32,000 nucleotides of DNA from Candidatus Electrothrix yaqonensis (GCA_047651235.1 CP178758.1:1140001-1172000); one strand, 5' to 3'. Positions 1-10,261 are shown, counted from the stretch's first letter. Program-made: numbers and translations. The notes: generated from the sequence alone by a model not told the origin.

Positions 1-1644
1 GGACTCAGATTTGAAGTGCCCATCTACCCTGAGGCAAAACCGCTTACTGTGCCCTTTATCGCTGGTACGGTGATGTCATTTGCCGGGAAAACCGTTATTC
101 ATCTGCCGGTCAGTCTGGCCGGTACCTTGTCGCCGGGAACACGGGCCAGCGTGGTTCTGGAGGTCGCCTGCCAACCCTGTTCAGACCAGTACTGTCTGCT
201 TCCCCAAAAAATCAGGCTGGATGCGGACCTGCCTGTTGTTGCTCCCGGAACTGCGGTGAAAAAAATAAATCAGGAGCTTTTTGCCGGATACAGGCCCGAG
301 GCAGCCGCTGGGTCCGACAAGGTGGCCTTCGGTCTGTTCGGCTGGACTTTTTCTGTTGACGGCTCCTCCTGGGGCGGCATGCTGCTCCTCCTGCTGGTTG
401 CGGCGTTCGGCGGTATGCTGCTCAATTTCACGCCCTGTGTACTCCCGCTGATTCCCATCAAGATCATCAGCCTGTCCTATGCGGCAAAAGACCGTCGCCA
501 ATGTATCCTTCTGGGTCTGTCCATGTCCCTGGGGGTCTTGGTCTTCTGGCTTGCTCTGGGCAGCATGATCTCGCTGGTCACCGGTTTCAGCGCCACCAAC
601 CAGCTGTTTCAGTATCCTGTCTTCACCATTTCGGTAGGCGTGATTATCGCGATCATGGCTGGAGGAATGTTTGACTTTTTTTCTCTGCGCCTGCCGGAGT
701 TTGTCTACCTGATCCATCCTGAACAGGACACCCTGAAAGGTTCGTTCGGGCTGGGCATTCTGGCTGCTGTGCTGTCAACGCCGTGCACAGCGCCGTTTAT
801 GGGCGCAGCTGCAGCCTGGGCAGCAACTCAGCCTCCGGCGGCGACCCTGACCGTTTTTGCCGCTATCGGGCTGGGAATGGCCTTTCCGTACTTTATCCTC
901 TCTGTTTCACCGCATCTGGTCAGCAGAATGCCCAAGGCCGGACCTGCCAGCATGCTGATCAAGCAGGTGATGGGGCTATTCATGCTGGCAGCAGCAGCCT
1001 ACTTTATCGGAGTCGGGCTGGAAGTCCTTCTTTCCTCCTCTGCGGAACCCCCGGGGAAACAGTACTGGTGGCCGGTCATGCTCCTTTCCCTGAGCGCAGG
1101 CGGATGGATGGCATGGCGTACGCTGCAGATAGTCTCCAGCCGGAAAGTAAGAACGGTGTTTACTGCTATTGGGATAACCATCATGGCCATTTCGGTGGTC
1201 GGTGCAGTCCGGCTCACCCGGACCGGGCCGATCGACTGGGTGTATTATACCCCGGAACGGCTTGAGCAGGCAGCTGCAGAAGGAAAAATCGTGGTCATGG
1301 TCTTTACGGCGGAATGGTGCCTGAACTGCAAATTTTTGGAGCGGGGCATTCTGGACAGTCAGAAAATTGTCGAACTCATGGAAAAGGAAAATGTTGTGCC
1401 CATGAAGGTTGATATCACGGGCAATAATCCGGAAGGAAAAGAAAAGCTTCGGGAGGTCGGCAGTCTGACCATCCCGCTGCTGGTTGTTCTGTCACCGGAC
1501 GGAAAACAGGTATATAAGAGCGCTTTCTATACAGCAGATCAGATTTATAAAGCAGTCAGCGAAACATTGAACAAAAATACGAACATCGGAGAGGAAAGGA
1601 TCGATGTAGCATTGCAGCACCATCCGGGCAGTTCAGCAGAATAA
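1..1644 (+). CDS. dsbD: Thiol:disulfide interchange protein DsbD-like (5' end outside window)
   Basis: The frame is open from base 1, so the listed GTG at 16 is probably internal. N-terminal periplasmic Cys region ACQPCSDQYC. DsbD/CcdA membrane-core motifs FTPCVLPLIP and STPCTAPF. C-terminal thioredoxin fold with WCLNC. Confidence 0.8.
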   Translation, partial: GLRFEVPIYPEAKPLTVPFIAGTVMSFAGKTVIHLPVSLAGTLSPGTRASVVLEVACQPCSDQYCLLPQKIRLDADLPVVAPGTAVKKINQELFAGYRPEAAAGSDKVAFGLFGWTFSVDGSSWGGMLLLLLVAAFGGMLLNFTPCVLPLIPIKIISLSYAAKDRRQCILLGLSMSLGVLVFWLALGSMISLVTGFSATNQLFQYPVFTISVGVIIAIMAGGMFDFFSLRLPEFVYLIHPEQDTLKGSFGLGILAAVLSTPCTAPFMGAAAAWAATQPPAATLTVFAAIGLGMAFPYFILSVSPHLVSRMPKAGPASMLIKQVMGLFMLAAAAYFIGVGLEVLLSSSAEPPGKQYWWPVMLLSLSAGGWMAWRTLQIVSSRKVRTVFTAIGITIMAISVVGAVRLTRTGPIDWVYYTPERLEQAAAEGKIVVMVFTAEWCLNCKFLERGILDSQKIVELMEKENVVPMKVDITGNNPEGKEKLREVGSLTIPLLVVLSPDGKQVYKSAFYTADQIYKAVSETLNKNTNIGEERIDVALQHHPGSSAE

Positions 1645-1788
1645 TATTGAGGTAACAATCTTATACCGAGTTATCCGATTATCGGAACGTCCAGCTTTTT
1701 CTGCCGGATCCCTGCGGAATACGCCGGGGCTTCCGGCAGCCCCTCTCCCTATAACCTTTTTCTTCAGGATAATTCAGGGTAATTTTCC

Positions 1789-2970
1789 ATGCAGAACTTT
1801 GTCTTCCACAATCCGACAAAAATTATCTTCGGTCGGAATACGGTACCCTCTGCAGGTCCGGAAACGGCAGAGCTGGGCCGCAAAGCCCTGCTGGTGTACG
1901 GCCGGTCCAGCATCAGGGAAAGCGGCCTGTACGACCAGGTGCTCGATGCACTGAGCAATGCCGGAGTGAGCGTTGTCGAGCACGGCGGCACCCGGTCCAA
2001 CCCGGTGCTTGAGCATGTCCGGGCAGGTATTGCCAAAGCCAAAAAAGAGCAGGTCGAGGTTGTTGTCGCAGTGGGCGGCGGTTCGGTCATCGACACGGCC
2101 AAGGCCATTGCAGCCGGCAGTGTTGTGGAGCATGATGTCTGGAAATTTTTTACCGGGAAAAAATCCGTCAAAGCGGCCCTGCCTGTCCTCACCGTGCTCA
2201 CCCTTGCGGCTGCCGGTTCGGAAATGAATTCTGGCATGGTGATCACCAATCAGGACTCGCAGGAAAAATTCGGTTTCGGTCACCGCCTGCTCTATCCGAA
2301 AACTTCTATTCTTGACCCGGAACTTACCTATACCGTGCCGCCCAATTATACAGCCTACGGCGCAGTGGATGCCATCGCCCATGTGCTTGAATTCTATATG
2401 ACAGTACAGGACGACGACACACCAGTGCAGGGCCGGTTCATAGAAGGACTGATTCTCGACGCGATGGAATCCTGTGAACGCTGTCTTCTTGATCCCCACG
2501 ACTACGGCGGTCGGGCCAACCTGATGTGGACAGCCACCCTTGCCCTGAACGGCCTGACAGCGGCAGGCCTCGGTCAGGTCGGATTTCCCATGCATATGAT
2601 CGAACATTCCCTAAGCGCTCTGTATGATGTGCCGCACGGGGCCGGGCTTTCCGTGGTTATTCCGGGCTGGCTGCGCTGGCAGCAGCGGCAGGATCCGACC
2701 CGTATCGCCCGGCTGGGACGCGGTATCCTCCCGATAGTTGATCGGCACGAAAGCGCATCAGCGGATAATACCGAAGTTGCGGAGCGGACAATCGGCTTTC
2801 TCCGCGACTGGTTCATCAGGGTGAACAGTCCGGTTTTCCTGGAAGAATTGAATATTCCGACAGCAGATATTCCCAAAATCGCTGAAAACGCTCTGGCCCT
2901 GGCCCGTGTCTGGCGGCTGCACCAGTACTCCCAGGAGACTATTGAAGAAGTCCTGCATCTTTGTCGGTAA
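1789..2970 (+). CDS. Iron-containing (group III) alcohol dehydrogenase, YqhD/butanol dehydrogenase-like
   Basis: 393 aa. GGGSVIDTAKAIA nucleotide-binding motif, and metal-binding His motifs (DAIAHVLE, HMIEHSLSALYDVPHGAGL). Confidence 0.85.
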   Translation: MQNFVFHNPTKIIFGRNTVPSAGPETAELGRKALLVYGRSSIRESGLYDQVLDALSNAGVSVVEHGGTRSNPVLEHVRAGIAKAKKEQVEVVVAVGGGSVIDTAKAIAAGSVVEHDVWKFFTGKKSVKAALPVLTVLTLAAAGSEMNSGMVITNQDSQEKFGFGHRLLYPKTSILDPELTYTVPPNYTAYGAVDAIAHVLEFYMTVQDDDTPVQGRFIEGLILDAMESCERCLLDPHDYGGRANLMWTATLALNGLTAAGLGQVGFPMHMIEHSLSALYDVPHGAGLSVVIPGWLRWQQRQDPTRIARLGRGILPIVDRHESASADNTEVAERTIGFLRDWFIRVNSPVFLEELNIPTADIPKIAENALALARVWRLHQYSQETIEEVLHLCR

Positions 2971-3022
2971 ACGGAGGGTGCAAAGAATTCATAAGAAAAC
3001 AGCACCTTCAGAGAAAGCATTG

Positions 3023-3454
3023 TCACTTGCCCCCTTTTTCGTTCATGCTCCAATAATCAAATATTTTTTCAACGGTTTCTCTGATTTTTCCGGCTTCTAT
3101 CGGCTTCAGGATATAGCTGTTCGCGCCGTTTTTATACGCCATGTTTATATCCTTCCGGGAATTTGACGTGGTAAAAATAATTATGGGAACACTTCTTAAT
3201 ATTTCATTTTTCTTAAATGCTTTTAATACTTCGTGTCCGTCATATTTGGGCAGCTTCAGGTCGAGTAAGATAAGGTCGGGCGGAGTGTCCGAAACATGAA
3301 AACCTTGGATAAAGCCCATGGCCTGTTCCCCGTCTGGGAGCCTTTTTGTTTCCACGGTTTCTTGACAGACCTCATTTATATAGAAATCGATGAGTTCAGC
3401 ATGGTCATCATTATCCTCAATAAGAAGAACGGAGCATTTTTTAATTTCTTCCAT
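3023..3454 (-). CDS. Response regulator, receiver domain only (CheY-like)
   Basis: 143 aa. VLLIEDNDDH acidic pocket, phospho-acceptor context LILLDLKLP, IIIFTTS, and conserved Lys in YILKP. No output domain. Lies 8 bp downstream of the kinase gene. Confidence 0.85.
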   Translation of the reverse strand: MEEIKKCSVLLIEDNDDHAELIDFYINEVCQETVETKRLPDGEQAMGFIQGFHVSDTPPDLILLDLKLPKYDGHEVLKAFKKNEILRSVPIIIFTTSNSRKDINMAYKNGANSYILKPIEAGKIRETVEKIFDYWSMNEKGGK

Positions 3455-3462
3455 GATAAAGA

Positions 3463-5271
3463 TTAGTTGTTGTTAACTTTTTGTTCGGTGGGAAAAGAAA
3501 GCCAGAATGCAGCTCCTTTTCCGGGAGAAGATTCAACCCAGACTTTTCCTTCGTGGAACTGCATTACTTTTTTAACTACGGCGAGGCCAATTCCTGTTCC
3601 CTCTATCGTATTGTCGAGACGTTGAAAAAGACCGAAGATCTTTTGATGAAAATCCGGTTCTATTCCGGGGCCATCATCTTTGACATATAAAAGAGCCTCG
3701 TTCTTCCTGGTTATTCCTCCAATCGTTACCTTGCTCCCTTTCGGTTTGACGGCATATTTCAGCGCATTGCTCAGGATATTTTCAAAAACCTGGAGTACCC
3801 GGCTTTCATTGCCATAAATAAGCGGCAGGTTTTTCTCAACTATAAGGGTTATCTTGGCATTATGGAATCTGCGTTGTTTTTCTTCTTTTAATTTCTGTAA
3901 AAGAAGGTTCATGTCCAGTTGTTTTTTGTCGAGATCGATTCTTCCAACCCTGCTCAGCTCCACCAGATCGTTGATCAACTGCCCCATCCTGTTGTTTGCC
4001 TCAACCACTTTCTTTAGTTTTTCCAAAGCCTTTTCGTATTCGCCTCTTTTGGCCAGCTTATTTACAATGCCAATGAAGCCCATACTTGTCACCAGGGGGG
4101 ATTTCAGGTCATGGGAAACCGTGTAAACAAATTGCTCAAGTTCGTCATTTGACCGGGCAAGCTCCCTGCTCTTTTCTTCCAGCTCCCTTGTCATTTCTCC
4201 GGCTAAGGCTTCAGCCAGCTTTCTTTTTCTTGAATTGATAAGAATTACGAGGAAAAGCATTACGTCAACAAGGATGCCGCCAAAGGCAACAAACAACGGC
4301 TGGTTTTCCTCTTCCTGAGACGTGAAGCCCGGTTTTGAATAGAGGTAAAGCGACCAGACCCTGCCCGCAATGGTTACCTTATATAAGCCGTCATATTGAG
4401 GTTTATGCGCGCTGTTGTTATAAAGAAGTTTTTCCGGTTCCGCATGGTTATACAGGATTGTTTCAGGCGAGGGCGTTTCGCCGTCATATATTTCAAAACT
4501 GATGTCCTCCTGCGCGGCAAGGAGGATTCCCCGCATGAGGTCTTTCACCCGGAAGGGGCTATATACGTAGCCGACAAGCTCTTCCTGACGTTGGAGCACC
4601 GTTTCCAATGCTTTGTTTTTCCGGTAGAGAGGCAGATAAAGAAGAAAACCGTATTGGACGTCTTTATCGGTCTCCTGCACCAGGGTCACCCGCCCGGACA
4701 TGGCTGCCACGCCGGTGTCCCTGGCTCGTTCCATGGCGTTTTTCCTTGTCTCCTGGGAAAACATATCGTACCCAAAGGCCCGTTGATTCCTCCAGTCAAA
4801 GGGTTCCAGATAGATGATCGCACTGTACATGTCCCGTTCCCCATCGGGTTTGATCCGGTAATCCGGGAAACCTTCTGAGCGGATGGACCTTTCATGCTCC
4901 TCTTTTTTTTCAGGAGGCACCATCAGACTGAAGCCGATACCCTGAATGCCCGGATAGTATTTCTCGATATTCAGGTTGTCCGTAAGCGCCTTCCATTCCT
5001 CCCGGCTGACAACTTCGGATGCTTTGAACAAGCCGAGACCGCTCCGCAGCACCACTTCATATTCCTGCATTCTTTTGGTAATTGCAGATACAATGTCCGT
5101 TGCCTGGTATTCGAAACGCTCAGCAATTCGCTTTTCTACCGCACGATCCGCTATATGCCATGCAAACCCGGTGATAATAAGGGAAATAACAAGGACCACC
5201 CAAGGCGTCGCCTGGATTTGAAGAATGCGGTCAAGAGCAGTTTGTCGCGCTGTTTTGGGAAGTTTATTCAT
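3463..5271 (-). CDS. Sensor histidine kinase with periplasmic CHASE domain
   Basis: 602 aa. N-terminal TM helix, then a CHASE-like region (YYPGIQGIGF...YSAIIYLEPFDWRNQRAFGYDM...RDTGVAAMSGRVTLVQE) and a second TM helix. Coiled coil, HisKA H-box (SHDLKSPL), and HATPase_c N/G boxes (DDGPGI, GTGIGLAVV). Confidence 0.85.
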   Translation of the reverse strand: MNKLPKTARQTALDRILQIQATPWVVLVISLIITGFAWHIADRAVEKRIAERFEYQATDIVSAITKRMQEYEVVLRSGLGLFKASEVVSREEWKALTDNLNIEKYYPGIQGIGFSLMVPPEKKEEHERSIRSEGFPDYRIKPDGERDMYSAIIYLEPFDWRNQRAFGYDMFSQETRKNAMERARDTGVAAMSGRVTLVQETDKDVQYGFLLYLPLYRKNKALETVLQRQEELVGYVYSPFRVKDLMRGILLAAQEDISFEIYDGETPSPETILYNHAEPEKLLYNNSAHKPQYDGLYKVTIAGRVWSLYLYSKPGFTSQEEENQPLFVAFGGILVDVMLFLVILINSRKRKLAEALAGEMTRELEEKSRELARSNDELEQFVYTVSHDLKSPLVTSMGFIGIVNKLAKRGEYEKALEKLKKVVEANNRMGQLINDLVELSRVGRIDLDKKQLDMNLLLQKLKEEKQRRFHNAKITLIVEKNLPLIYGNESRVLQVFENILSNALKYAVKPKGSKVTIGGITRKNEALLYVKDDGPGIEPDFHQKIFGLFQRLDNTIEGTGIGLAVVKKVMQFHEGKVWVESSPGKGAAFWLSFPTEQKVNNN

Positions 5272-5713
5272 GCAATTTTTTTTGAGAAGGAGGTATCCTG
5301 AGTCTTCGCCTAAAGATAGTATACATTATTACATGTGCAACATATACCAGTATATGCTGCTTCAGCAAAATTAGGGGTAAATTAACCTTTTCTCATCAGT
5401 TGAGTTGATCGATTTCCGATCAACAAAATGTATGCGTTAACTTATGTCATATCGAGCTTGTTTACTGCTATGCTAACCGATTTTCTTCCAACTGCGTAAA
5501 ATTAACTTTGCAGGGAGTCCTGTAATTACTTGTCTTATAGCAGTATTTTTCAATTTGCATTCACTTTTTGTCCTCTCCCCCTGGGTCTGCAGAAACAGCA
5601 GTCCGATTTCACGAAGATTAAGCGTCAGACGGACTCAAAAAAGTAAATGTGCCCAAAGAAAACAATCAGGGCAATCAGCTATCCACTATCTTACGTCAAA
5701 CTTAGGCTAATAA

Positions 5714-5808
5714 CTGATGTTACGCACGCAAATAAAAGATCAGTAAGTTACGAGACACCCAAAGCATAGAATCTGCCGATTTTGCGTTTCGGCTGCGTAA
5801 CATCAGCT
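5714..5808 (-). repeat. Hairpin repeat element, copy 1 (core 5747-5808 on the minus strand) plus an outer 13-bp inverted repeat
   Basis: The reverse complement of 5747-5808 aligns with 14775-14840 at about 80% identity by hand alignment. Shared features are GTTACGCAG...CGTAAC outer arms and the loop CGGCAGATTC. CTGATGTTACGCA at 5714-5726 is the exact reverse complement of 5794-5806. Confidence 0.5.
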
Positions 5809-6039
5809 GATAAGATGACAGGTCAGGAACAACGGTCAGCTACAACGCCCTGAACCAGTTCTATATCTTTCCGGCTGACGGATTCAGCAGGAAGGGAGAT
5901 TCCTTTCTATATCGAGATCAAACCAGAGGACCAGATCAAGGATCCGGGGATTATCCGAATGGAAAAAGAAGAACAGGGCAAGGCAATGCAGCAGGGTGAG
6001 CAGAAGGACTATGGAACGGGAATTAAATAACTACGGGAT

Positions 6040-6605
6040 TCAAAGCCGTCCTGACGGAACAGCGGCATAATTCCACTTCGGCAGAAACTCGTCGAATTGA
6101 ATTTTCATATTTCATATTTTCTTTAAAACCGTCAGCCGTTTTGCGGCCTGTCTCGAAGAGGAATTCAGATTTTCCATGTGTCGTCCACCAGTTCCGAATA
6201 CAGGCGCACCCGAACTCGGAGGTGTCACCGCTTGTCCATAATGTGATATAACCGATATTACTGTATATATCATACAGTCCATAGGCGAACCCGCCGTGTG
6301 ATTTTTCAGCACCGCGAAAAATGCGTCGTCAAGACACCGACGGCGGTCGAGAGGACGGATTTACGTCCCCCGCCCGGTTTGCGAATTCGTTCTTCTTTTT
6401 CAGGCAGAGGCTGTTTCAGCTCATTCATCCCGCGACGGACCCGGTCAGAATCACACCGCAACACGTCGCATATATACGTTATGCCGCCGTATCCGAACTT
6501 TCCCGCTTCAACTGCGGCGTATCGACGGCGGTCTTTTTCAGACAGGCTGCCGTAAAAATTACGCATTCGCATTTCTATCTCAGGAGAATATGTCTTTATC
6601 TTCAT
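6040..6605 (-). pseudogene. ISAzo13-family transposase remnant (internally deleted, frameshifted)
   Basis: The 99-aa ORF at 6306-6605 matches the family N-terminus as I remember it (SLSEKDRRRYAAVEAGKFGYGGITYI...RIRKPGGGRK). A different frame near 6040-6100 reads FDEFLPKWNYAAVP followed by a stop, resembling the family C-terminal FHGEWNY. The total of about 565 bp is far short of an expected gene of about 1.3 kb. Confidence 0.55.
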
Positions 6606-6982
6606 AACCGGATGAGAATAAACGCAACTATGAAATTGTCAATGACCTGTCAGCAAGTTCCGTTGTTATTAAATTTTCATTCCTGAGTATATTATCCGGC
6701 GTCCGATTGTGAACTCTCTGGGATAATCAGGAAGGTTAACGAAACAAGGAGACGACAGATACTACACTGCAGGCTATAGTTGTTCCCATATAAGCTTCCA
6801 GGCCCATTTTTCGTTTTTCAAGTGGCTGTTTTTGGGGACTCGGAAGTTATTCCGGAACAACTCTAATCTAACCTGTTGACCTTTTCTGTTCCTCATTCCA
6901 CACCCACACAGATACTGCTGCAAGCGCAATGCAGAAGATCAGATTTCCAGCGGCCAACAGGTCAAATGGACTTCAGGCAGCA

Positions 6983-7981
6983 TTATCTCTCAAACAGATT
7001 GGCGATATTGCCGATTACAGAGCCTTCGCCCACGTTCTTTCCTCCGGCCTGCGGTGCTGCCGACCAGATGCGTCCGGCCAAGCGGGAGAAAGGCAGGGAC
7101 TGCAGCCAGACATGGCCCGGTCCGCGCAGGGTGGCAAAGAAGAATCCTTCCCCGCCGAACACGGCGGACTTCACATTGCCCACGTATTCGATATCATATT
7201 TCACGGTTTGGGTCAGAGCGACCAGACAGCCGGTATCCACCCGCATGGTCTCGCCTGCCTGCAACTGGCGTTCGACAATAGTCCCCCCGGCATGGACAAA
7301 GCAGAGCCCGTCGCCGTCTAACTGCTGCATAATGAAACCTTCCCCGCCGAACAGGGCCACGCCGATTCGCTTCTGAAAGGCCACCCCGATGGCAACGCCC
7401 TTGGCTGCGCAGAGAAAGGCATCCTTCTGGCAGATGATTCTGTTGCCGTATTTGCTCAGATCAAGGGGAATAATCTTGCCCGGATAGGGCGAGGCAAAGG
7501 CAACCTTGCCCTTTCCCTGACCGAGAAAGGTGAATATAGTGATAAACAAGCCTTCTCCGGTGATCAGCCGCTTGCCTGCCCCGAGCATCTTGTCGAAGAA
7601 ACCGCCCTGCTGCGAGGCAGCGGACCCGTCGCCAAAGATGGTGTCCATCTTGACATTATCGCTCATGTACATCATACTGCCTGCTTCAGCCACCACGCTT
7701 TCCTGCGGATCCAATTCAACCTCGACAAACTGCATCTCATGGCCGAAGATCTCGTAGTCAATCTCGTGGGACTGACGACCGGTCATGGGTGGCGGCGCAT
7801 TGCCTGCTGTACCGGGATCAGTCAGCTCCGTCACCTGTGCCAGAGGCAGCCAGTCAGTGAAGCCGTCCCGCCAGACCATAGTGGACTGACTGTACTGGCC
7901 GGAGCGCACTCCGGCGAGCATCTTCTGCTGGGAAAGAGGACCGACAGTCTGGCCGTTGACAGCCACATACCAGTTGGACAT
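6983..7981 (-). CDS. GYF_2 domain fused to TIGR00266/AIM24 (DUF124) family protein
   Basis: The N-terminus [14 protein letters not shown]...[16 protein letters not shown] is GYF_2-like. The rest ([22 protein letters not shown]...[29 protein letters not shown]...[22 protein letters not shown]) is AIM24/TIGR00266-like. I prefer the ATG at 7981 (GAGG 6 nt upstream) over the listed GTG at 7993. Confidence 0.8.
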   Translation of the reverse strand: MSNWYVAVNGQTVGPLSQQKMLAGVRSGQYSQSTMVWRDGFTDWLPLAQVTELTDPGTAGNAPPPMTGRQSHEIDYEIFGHEMQFVEVELDPQESVVAEAGSMMYMSDNVKMDTIFGDGSAASQQGGFFDKMLGAGKRLITGEGLFITIFTFLGQGKGKVAFASPYPGKIIPLDLSKYGNRIICQKDAFLCAAKGVAIGVAFQKRIGVALFGGEGFIMQQLDGDGLCFVHAGGTIVERQLQAGETMRVDTGCLVALTQTVKYDIEYVGNVKSAVFGGEGFFFATLRGPGHVWLQSLPFSRLAGRIWSAAPQAGGKNVGEGSVIGNIANLFER

Positions 7982-8100
7982 AATGCACCTCACAGGTAAA
8001 ATTTTTCAGAATCCGCTGTGTCGATGAGACCTGCCATCCAGGGCAGGACATCAGGGATGAGCCAGGAGAATATCTGCTGTAGTCTGCTATAATTCCAGAT

Positions 8101-9474
8101 ATGGACAAAAAAATCATAAAAAAAATACAGGAGGCGGTCGGGAAAGGTAATCTGCTGACCAGTGCCGAGGAGTGTGCCTGCTACAGCTATGATGCCTCAG
8201 GCCGGACCTTCATGCCGGACGCCGTAGCCTTGCCGGAAACATCAGATCAGGTTGCCGAACTGATGCGGCTTGCTGACGAATACCGGTTTCCGGTGATTCC
8301 GCGTGGAGCAGGCAGCGGCACTACGGGCGGTGCTCTGCCTGTTGCAGGTGGCGTGGTAGTGGGCTTCAGCCGTATGAACAGGATCCTGGAGATCGATCCG
8401 ATGAATATGATTGCCGTGGTAGAACCGGGAGTTATCACCGGCGAGCTGCAGACGGCCTTAAAAAAACACGGCCTGATGTACCCGCCGGATCCGGCCAGCC
8501 TGAAGTTCTGCTCCCTTGGCGGCAATGCTGCTGAATGCGCAGGCGGTCCCAGCGCGGTGAAGTACGGAGTGACCCGTGATTACATCATCGGGCTGGAGGC
8601 AGTGCTGCCCGACGGCAAACGCATCCGCACCGGCGTGCGCACGGAAAAAGGCGTGGTCGGGTATGACCTGACCCGGCTGCTCATCGGCTCCGAAGGTACC
8701 CTGGCTCTGTTCACCAAGCTGATCCTCCGGCTCCTGCCTCTGGCCGAGGCCAAGGCGACTTTTCTTCTCAGCTTCTCCTCCCTGGACAGGGCCACCGGAC
8801 TGGTTGCGGAGATCCTCTCTGCCGGACTTATGCCCTGCACCCTGGAGTACATGGATAAAACCGCAGTGGAGGTAGTGCGGAACCGGCTTGGAACACCACC
8901 GCCCCCGGACACGGCAGCGCTGCTACTGGTGGAGTTTGACGGTACAGCTACGGAGGTAGCAGGGCAGGGAAGGCTGTTCACCGAGTTTGTCCGGCAACGG
9001 GAAAACTCGGTGCTCCGGCAGGCAGCGGATGATACGGAAACCGAAGAACTTTGGCAGGCCCGCCGCTCCATCGCACCTGCCTGCCTCTCCCTGCGGCCCC
9101 ATAAGATTGCCGAAGACGTGGTGGTGCCCCGTTCACGAATTCCGGAACTGGTCCGGTTCACTGAGCGGCTGGCCCGGGAGCTGAATCTGATCATCCTCAC
9201 CTTCGGTCATGCCGGAGACGGCAATATCCACGTCAATATCATGGTGGATAAACAGAACGATCAGGAGCTTCGTGCTGGCCTTCAGGCAAAAGAACGGCTC
9301 TTTCCGTTTGTGCTCGACCTCGGCGGCACCCTGTCCGGTGAACACGGGGTCGGTATCACCAAATCAGCCTTTCTGCCTCTGGAGATCGATCAGGACACTC
9401 TGTTGCTCATGCGGCAGATCAAAGAACTGTTTGACCCGCATAATATCCTCAATCCGGGGAAAATTTTTTTCTGA
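8101..9474 (+). CDS. FAD-linked oxidase, glycolate oxidase subunit GlcD-like
   Basis: 457 aa. FAD_binding_4 region (PVIPRGAGSGTTGG) and C-terminal FAD-oxidase domain (GTLSGEHGVGITK...FDPHNILNPGKIF). Confidence 0.85.
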   Translation: MDKKIIKKIQEAVGKGNLLTSAEECACYSYDASGRTFMPDAVALPETSDQVAELMRLADEYRFPVIPRGAGSGTTGGALPVAGGVVVGFSRMNRILEIDPMNMIAVVEPGVITGELQTALKKHGLMYPPDPASLKFCSLGGNAAECAGGPSAVKYGVTRDYIIGLEAVLPDGKRIRTGVRTEKGVVGYDLTRLLIGSEGTLALFTKLILRLLPLAEAKATFLLSFSSLDRATGLVAEILSAGLMPCTLEYMDKTAVEVVRNRLGTPPPPDTAALLLVEFDGTATEVAGQGRLFTEFVRQRENSVLRQAADDTETEELWQARRSIAPACLSLRPHKIAEDVVVPRSRIPELVRFTERLARELNLIILTFGHAGDGNIHVNIMVDKQNDQELRAGLQAKERLFPFVLDLGGTLSGEHGVGITKSAFLPLEIDQDTLLLMRQIKELFDPHNILNPGKIFF

Positions 9475-9547
9475 TTGCCGGGCATTTCTTTTACAGGTCT
9501 TTGACCTAACGGAATGTCAGAGGCACAGATGGTCCGGTCTAATCGTC

Positions 9548-10027
9548 TTATCTGCGGCGCTTCTTCCGCCACTCCCAGGGAGGCGTCGGCCTTTTATCCC
9601 GCCAGAGACCAGCCTTTTTCTTTTTCGCTCTTTCTTCGAGCTTCCTGAACTCGGTGCAGAGCGGCTGCTTTTTGCAGTAGGCGGGATAGACCCAGGCATA
9701 ACCGGCCCGCACCAGTTCCCGGTTGAGCATTTTACGGCCTATGCTGACCAGACCGACAGTGCGGCCATACTGGTCGGTATGCATAGTTTCCACCCGTACC
9801 TTCTTACCCAGAACCATCTGCCTAGCAAAGTCTGTTGCCTCTTTCCCGTATTTCTGCCTGCTTTCCGGGCAGTCAACGCCGTACAGCCGCACCTTGACGA
9901 TTTTCTTCCCCTGCTGCACATGCAGGGTGTCGCCGTCCGACACCCTGACCGCCTCGCCCTTCCAGCCGTGCGCAGAACTCGGCAGCAGCCAGTGCAGGCA
10001 GCAGAACCATTGTAGAGTTTTTTTCAT
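9548..10027 (-). CDS. Secreted thermonuclease (staphylococcal nuclease, SNase) family protein
   Basis: 159 aa. Signal-like N-terminus. SNase core DGDTLHV...VRLYGVDCPE...GKEATDF...DQYGRTVGLV...NRELVRAGYAWVY. Highly basic C-terminal tail. Confidence 0.8.
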   Translation of the reverse strand: MKKTLQWFCCLHWLLPSSAHGWKGEAVRVSDGDTLHVQQGKKIVKVRLYGVDCPESRQKYGKEATDFARQMVLGKKVRVETMHTDQYGRTVGLVSIGRKMLNRELVRAGYAWVYPAYCKKQPLCTEFRKLEERAKKKKAGLWRDKRPTPPWEWRKKRRR

Positions 10028-10261
10028 GTCTTATCCGTTAATTATCTGCGGAAAGATACCACCTGATTTTTAAGGTGACGGCTTTGACAAAAGGCCTCTG
10101 TTGTTCAGCAATTCTGCACCGGACGCGAGATAAAACCGCTCTGTCCATTTCTGCTGCAGAATAAAAATTTGTAGATTGCAAGCCGTATGTTCAATGTACA
10201 AGGTTGCAGCATTACAGCAAAGAAGAAAAAATATTTTGTCCGCCTGAGACAGCCGGTGCGG

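Noticed and set aside
1774-2607. 277-aa minus-strand ORF overlapping the alcohol dehydrogenase gene
   Set aside because: The plus-strand frame carries unmistakable Fe-ADH motifs. The antisense product has no recognisable features.
5830-6030. Short protein-like frames (…SYNALNQFYIFPADGF… and …FYIEIKPEDQIKDPGIIRMEKEEQGKAMQQ… ending in a stop)
   Set aside because: They are too short, frameshifted relative to each other, and lack a start. They are possibly the eroded 3' end of a gene, but nothing can be assigned without a database search.
7982-7993. GTG start at 7993 for the GYF-AIM24 gene
   Set aside because: The GTG lies within the GAGGTG Shine-Dalgarno-like sequence that is correctly spaced for the ATG at 7981.
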